This document shows, piece after piece, positions 59,740 to 64,000 of a DNA stretch of 64,000 nucleotides. The notes below the pieces were generated by a model. The model saw only the letters and a list, made by a program, of their open reading frames with translations. It searched no databases and was not told the DNA's origin. Both the position numbers and the translations under genes were made by a program. This stretch comes from Diadema antillarum (lineage: Eukaryota): the NCBI RefSeq assembly GCF_040938485.1, contig NW_027271081.1:1364001-1428000 (forward strand), in the 5' to 3' direction. The stretch's first letter is position 1, and each line of letters opens with the position of its first letter.

Positions 59740-60210
59740 AATTCATTTCACTCCAGCCAATATTCATTTCACTTTTAACAAATACATTTCACTCACAAAC
59801 ATTGATTTTACTTTTTATAAAAATACATTTCACTTTTCACAATAATACATTTCACTTTTAAATTAAAATTCATTTCACTTTTCACAAAAATACATTTCAC
59901 TTTTGAATTAAACTTAATCTCACTTTTCATAAAAATACATTTCACTTTTGAATTAAAATTCATTTCACTTTTCACAAAAATACATTTCACTTTTACATAA
60001 AGATTCATTTCACTTTTCACAAAAATACATTTCACTTTTACATAAAGATTCATTTCACTTTTCACAAAAAATACATTTCACTTTTAAATACAAATTCATT
60101 TCACTCTTCACAAAAATACATTTCACTTTGGCGTACCATATCACTCAGACGAAACCATTTCACTGCGCTAAAACCATTTCACTCTGATAAAACCATTTCA
60201 CTCCGATAAA
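59740..60210. repeat. Minisatellite of (A/T)ACATTTCACTTTT-type subunits (about 39-bp dimeric unit)
   Basis: More than 20 CATTTCACT cores in tandem, then three AAACCATTTCACT copies. Confidence 0.85.
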
Positions 60211-60653
60211 AAAAAAAATACGTTCCTCTTTTTTCCCGGCCAAAAGGTGGCGCTAGTCTGAGAGGAGTCACAATGCCATGGCACTTAGCACTGAGCTGAG
60301 GTGAGTGGCCGGCCAGCTGGCCGGCTGGCTATGCAGTACCTAGATTTAGCGCGCTACGCTGGCGCGGAAGCGACGCGAGGCGAGCTAGCAGTCGACGGTC
60401 CTCGCCTCGGCCTCACTCACATGCACGCTCGTGCCGTTACATGCATACTACATCGTAACTATACACAGCCCAGTCGCTGTACATGGTACGTCGCGCTGTT
60501 TTCGCATAGCGTAACAGCGTCTGGTCGGGCTAACTACATCGAGAATCTACGCCTGACTTGCTGAATAATTAACGTGTGTTTTACAACGCTTTTCAACAGC
60601 GATGTTGTGGGGTAAGTTTGATGTCTGACTTCTTGTGATCGACATGCTAATTT

Positions 60654-62771
60654 TGGTAATCATGTAGAAATGCACACCTACCGTTCGCTTCGCCGTTTGT
60701 CAATAAAATTTTGTGCAGCTCTTGGAGATGCTAAATTGAACCATATCAGAGAGTTTTCATAGAATTAGAAAGCCGAAAAGGGAAGAAAAATTAGAAATCG
60801 GAGTTGAAAAGTACGTCGGTCGCGATCATAGTTCCGACGTAGTAAGTAGTGCATCGATTTCACAGAGAACGGTGTCAACGATTATAATCGATTCTGGTAG
60901 TCTCTAATTAGCTGCTTACTAACAATATTAACACGACTTGTGCAATACGTGTGGGCCCTAGATCTACTTTCATTTTCGTATTTTTTCTCATTCTTTTCAT
61001 TGCCATTATCATGATTATCACTATTTAAATCATTGATACAGATTATTCATACCAGGATTTAGACATCCTTTCTTTAGAAATTGTGGCAAGTATTGATTTT
61101 ATCATGACAAAAGTTGATGATTTAATTTGAATAGTGTTGAAGGGAAAATAATGAGGTTGAAGGAAAAGTGGAAGAAAAGAGTAAGGCTATTAGAAGGAGG
61201 GAGAGAGAGAAAGAGAGAGAAAAGAAGATGAGGAGGAAGTTGAATTCGAAGGGGATTTGTTGTTTGTGGTGATGGTAAATGGTATTAAATTTATGTTTTT
61301 AATTGATAAGTTCAATTTATAGTATAAATTATTGTTTTACTGATAATTACGCTATTCGTTTTTCCATTTCATTTTATTAATTATGTATACAAGAACTGCA
61401 ACCCCAATATTTGCTTTTGTTTCGTAGTAAGGTCCATTTTATTATCTTTTATTGTTTTGTACACATATTATCCTCCCAACATTCAGTCAGCAAAATATGT
61501 TGACAGATACAATGTTTGTATACAGTCAAACGCAGCACGCAGGAGAAAATTAACTAAAACAACAAAAAACAGACGCATCGAGATCACTTTCTTTCTTCAA
61601 CTTTTTACTGTTAAGCCGACGTAATTATTGTGGTTAAACACCAAACAAGCGGCTGTATCACAGACTACAACGATCGATCATCATCATTATATCGCTTTTC
61701 CATATAATCGATCATCAAACATGCTACGCTGATACAGCCGTCGATCGGCGTACTTTTGAGTCAAAATTAGCTACTTTTCTTCTGTAATTGGCTATGAAAT
61801 TTCATGAAACCATCAGATATGGTTCATCTTGACATTTCTGATAGCCACGAAAAGTTTTTATTGACAAATTAAGGAAGGAAATGGTAGGTGTGCATTTCTA
61901 CATGATTACCGAAAAGCGATATAACGATGATAATCGATCGTTGTAGTCTGTGATACAGCCGCTTGTTTGGTGTTTAACCAAAATAATTACGTCGGCTCGA
62001 CAGTAAAATGTGGAAGAAAGAAAGTGATCTTGATGCGTCTGTTTTTTATCGTTTTAGTTCATTTTCTCCTGCGTGTGACTGTATATCTGTCATTATTTTT
62101 TGCTGACTAAATGATGGACAGATAATATGCGTAACGTTACAAAACAGTAAAAGATATATGAAAAAATGGGAATTAAAATATCCATCATGAATATTGCACA
62201 ATAAAATGGATTTTTTAATACAAAACAAAAGCAAATACTGGGGTTGCAGTTTTTGCGATGTACACATAATTTTAAAAAAATGAAATGGAAAAATAAATAC
62301 TATCATTAAAACAATTACTTTCTACTATAAGTTGAACTATCAATCTTACCATTTCAATTTCAATATTCTGTTTCTTTTTGCAGATAGGTAAATTGAGCAC
62401 TTTATAAGAAGTCCATAATACTAATACATCATTGTATAACATACGCTTTTTGTAATACTATTCTCATTAATGTATTAAATTAGGCCTATAAATTATGTAG
62501 ATTACTAGAAACAAATCCCCTTTGAATTCAACTTCCTTCTCATCTTCTTTTCTCTCTCTTTTTCTTCCACTTTTCCTTCAACCTCATTCTATTCCCTTTG
62601 ACACTATTCAAATTGAATTATTATTATCAACTTTTGTCATGATAAAATCAATACTTGCCACAATTTTTAAAGAAAAGGATCAATGTCTTAATCCTGGTAT
62701 GAATAATCGTATCAATAATTTGAATTGTGATAATCATGATAGTGGCAATGAAAACAAAGAACTATCACAAT

Positions 62772-62804
<33 letters not shown>

Positions 62805-63150
62805 CAATAAGAAAAAAAATACGAAAAAGAAAGTAGGGGCTACACGTATTGCACGAGTCAAGTTCGATATTGTTAGTAAGCGGCTAATTAGAGACTACCA
62901 GAATCGATTATAATCGTTGACATCGTTCTCTGCGAATCGGCGGTGCACTACTTTACACGTCGGAGCGCGGAGACTATGTTCGCGACCGACGTACTTTTCA
63001 ACTTCGATTTCTCATTTTTCTTACCTTTTCGGCTTTCTAATTCCATGAAAACTCTCTGATATGGTTCAGTTTAGCATCTCCAATAGCTGCACAAAATTTG
63101 ATTGACAAACGGCGAAGCGAACGGTAGGTGTGCATTTCTACATGATTACC
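60654..63150. repeat. Large imperfect inverted repeat (foldback-like), about 2.5 kb
   Basis: 60654-60958 is the inverse of 62836-63150, and 61330-61700 is the inverse of 61913-62310. The 28-mer GGTAATCATGTAGAAATGCACACCTACC occurs at 60654 (+), 61885 (-) and 63123 (-). Confidence 0.8.
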
Positions 63151-63668
63151 CAGATTCTCACGATTGCACTTACACGCACGTAAATTTGTGATCCTATGCA
63201 TAATACACGCACAGCTAGCACACAGCACGCAATTGCACACAGTCCACGCACAGGCGACGCGTCGCTGTTCAGGTAAACCTGCTCGCGCCCAAGCCAGGGG
63301 AAATTGCGGCTGGTGATTGGCTTAGAGTAAACACATGACAGGGGAATTCTCAATTTCTATTGGCCTAGCCAAATGCGTTTAATTATGTATTCACTCGGAA
63401 TTCACTCGGCTTAATTTTCACTCGGAATTCACTCGGCGAATGGGTTTCACACAAATGTCACTCGTTACATGAGTGAAATTCACTCGACAACGAGTGAAAG
63501 TCACTCTTAATTGAGTGAAATTTTATTCACTCCTTCCGAGGAGTGAATTATTCACTCGAAATTTTCTAGAGAGTACATATGCCCCTGAGTATGGAAATGC
63601 ACGTCTGGCTGGTCATCGGTGGTGGGTGTGGCCAGGAGGGCCACAAAAAGGACCCCCCAAAAATTACG

Positions 63669-64000
63669 CTAGCCTAGCTGGAAAAGTAACCACATGAAAA
63701 CAACTGGAACTTGTTCGTTACACTTACAGGATATATGAATGACCATTGCCAGACGTTTTAAGTGGTGGGGGGTAGCCGCCAGACGCTCTTAAAGGCCCAA
63801 CTCCAGCTAGGCTAGCCTAGCTGAAAAAGTAACCTCATGAAAACCACTGGAACTTGTTCGTTACACTTACAGGATAAATGAATGACCATTGCCAGACGTT
63901 TTAAGTGGTGGGGGGTAGCCGCCAGACGCCCTTAAAGACCCAAATTTTTCCAGCTAGGCTATAGCCTAGCTGAAAAAGTAACCTCATGAAAACCACTGGA
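63669..64000. repeat. Tandem repeat with a 143-149 bp unit, running off the right edge
   Basis: AGCCTAGCTG(G/A)AAAAGTAACC starts at 63671, 63814 and 63963, and the units are nearly identical. Confidence 0.85.

Noticed and set aside
59808-60065. Repetitive ORF MKSEMNLYVKVKCIF...
   Set aside because: It is the translation of a stop-free minisatellite frame. The same applies to 37821-38032 and 32192-32667, which are microsatellite-derived.

Overview
Animal genomic DNA with spliced, GT-AG genes and many transposons. It is probably from an invertebrate deuterostome such as a sea urchin (inferred from gene order and repeat style, not proven). The left 36 kb holds three conserved genes: INTS7 (minus strand, 10 exons, running off the left edge), DTL/Cdt2 (plus strand, 9 exons, about 745 aa, head-to-head with INTS7) and the WD40 half of WDR26 (minus strand). 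WDR26's LisH/CTLH exons were not found in the window. From about 38.3 kb the sequence is a nest of mobile elements. The largest is an AcademHP-like DNA transposon with two convergent genes whose stop codons are 2 nt apart. One is an intact 6-exon RecQ-like SF2 helicase. The other is a 10-exon Academ-type transposase with two ING-like PHD fingers, a 1-nt frameshift and an apparent in-frame loss of its central catalytic exon(s). A short minus-strand exon next to the helicase start could splice in frame into WDR26. The window also contains Helentron-associated (HINE-like) elements, TTAA-specific Kolobok-like and piggyBac-like MITEs, a roughly 2.5 kb foldback, minisatellites and a tRNA-like Pol III unit. 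Exon boundaries were derived by hand from splice signals, reading phase and remembered homolog sequences. No database search was run.
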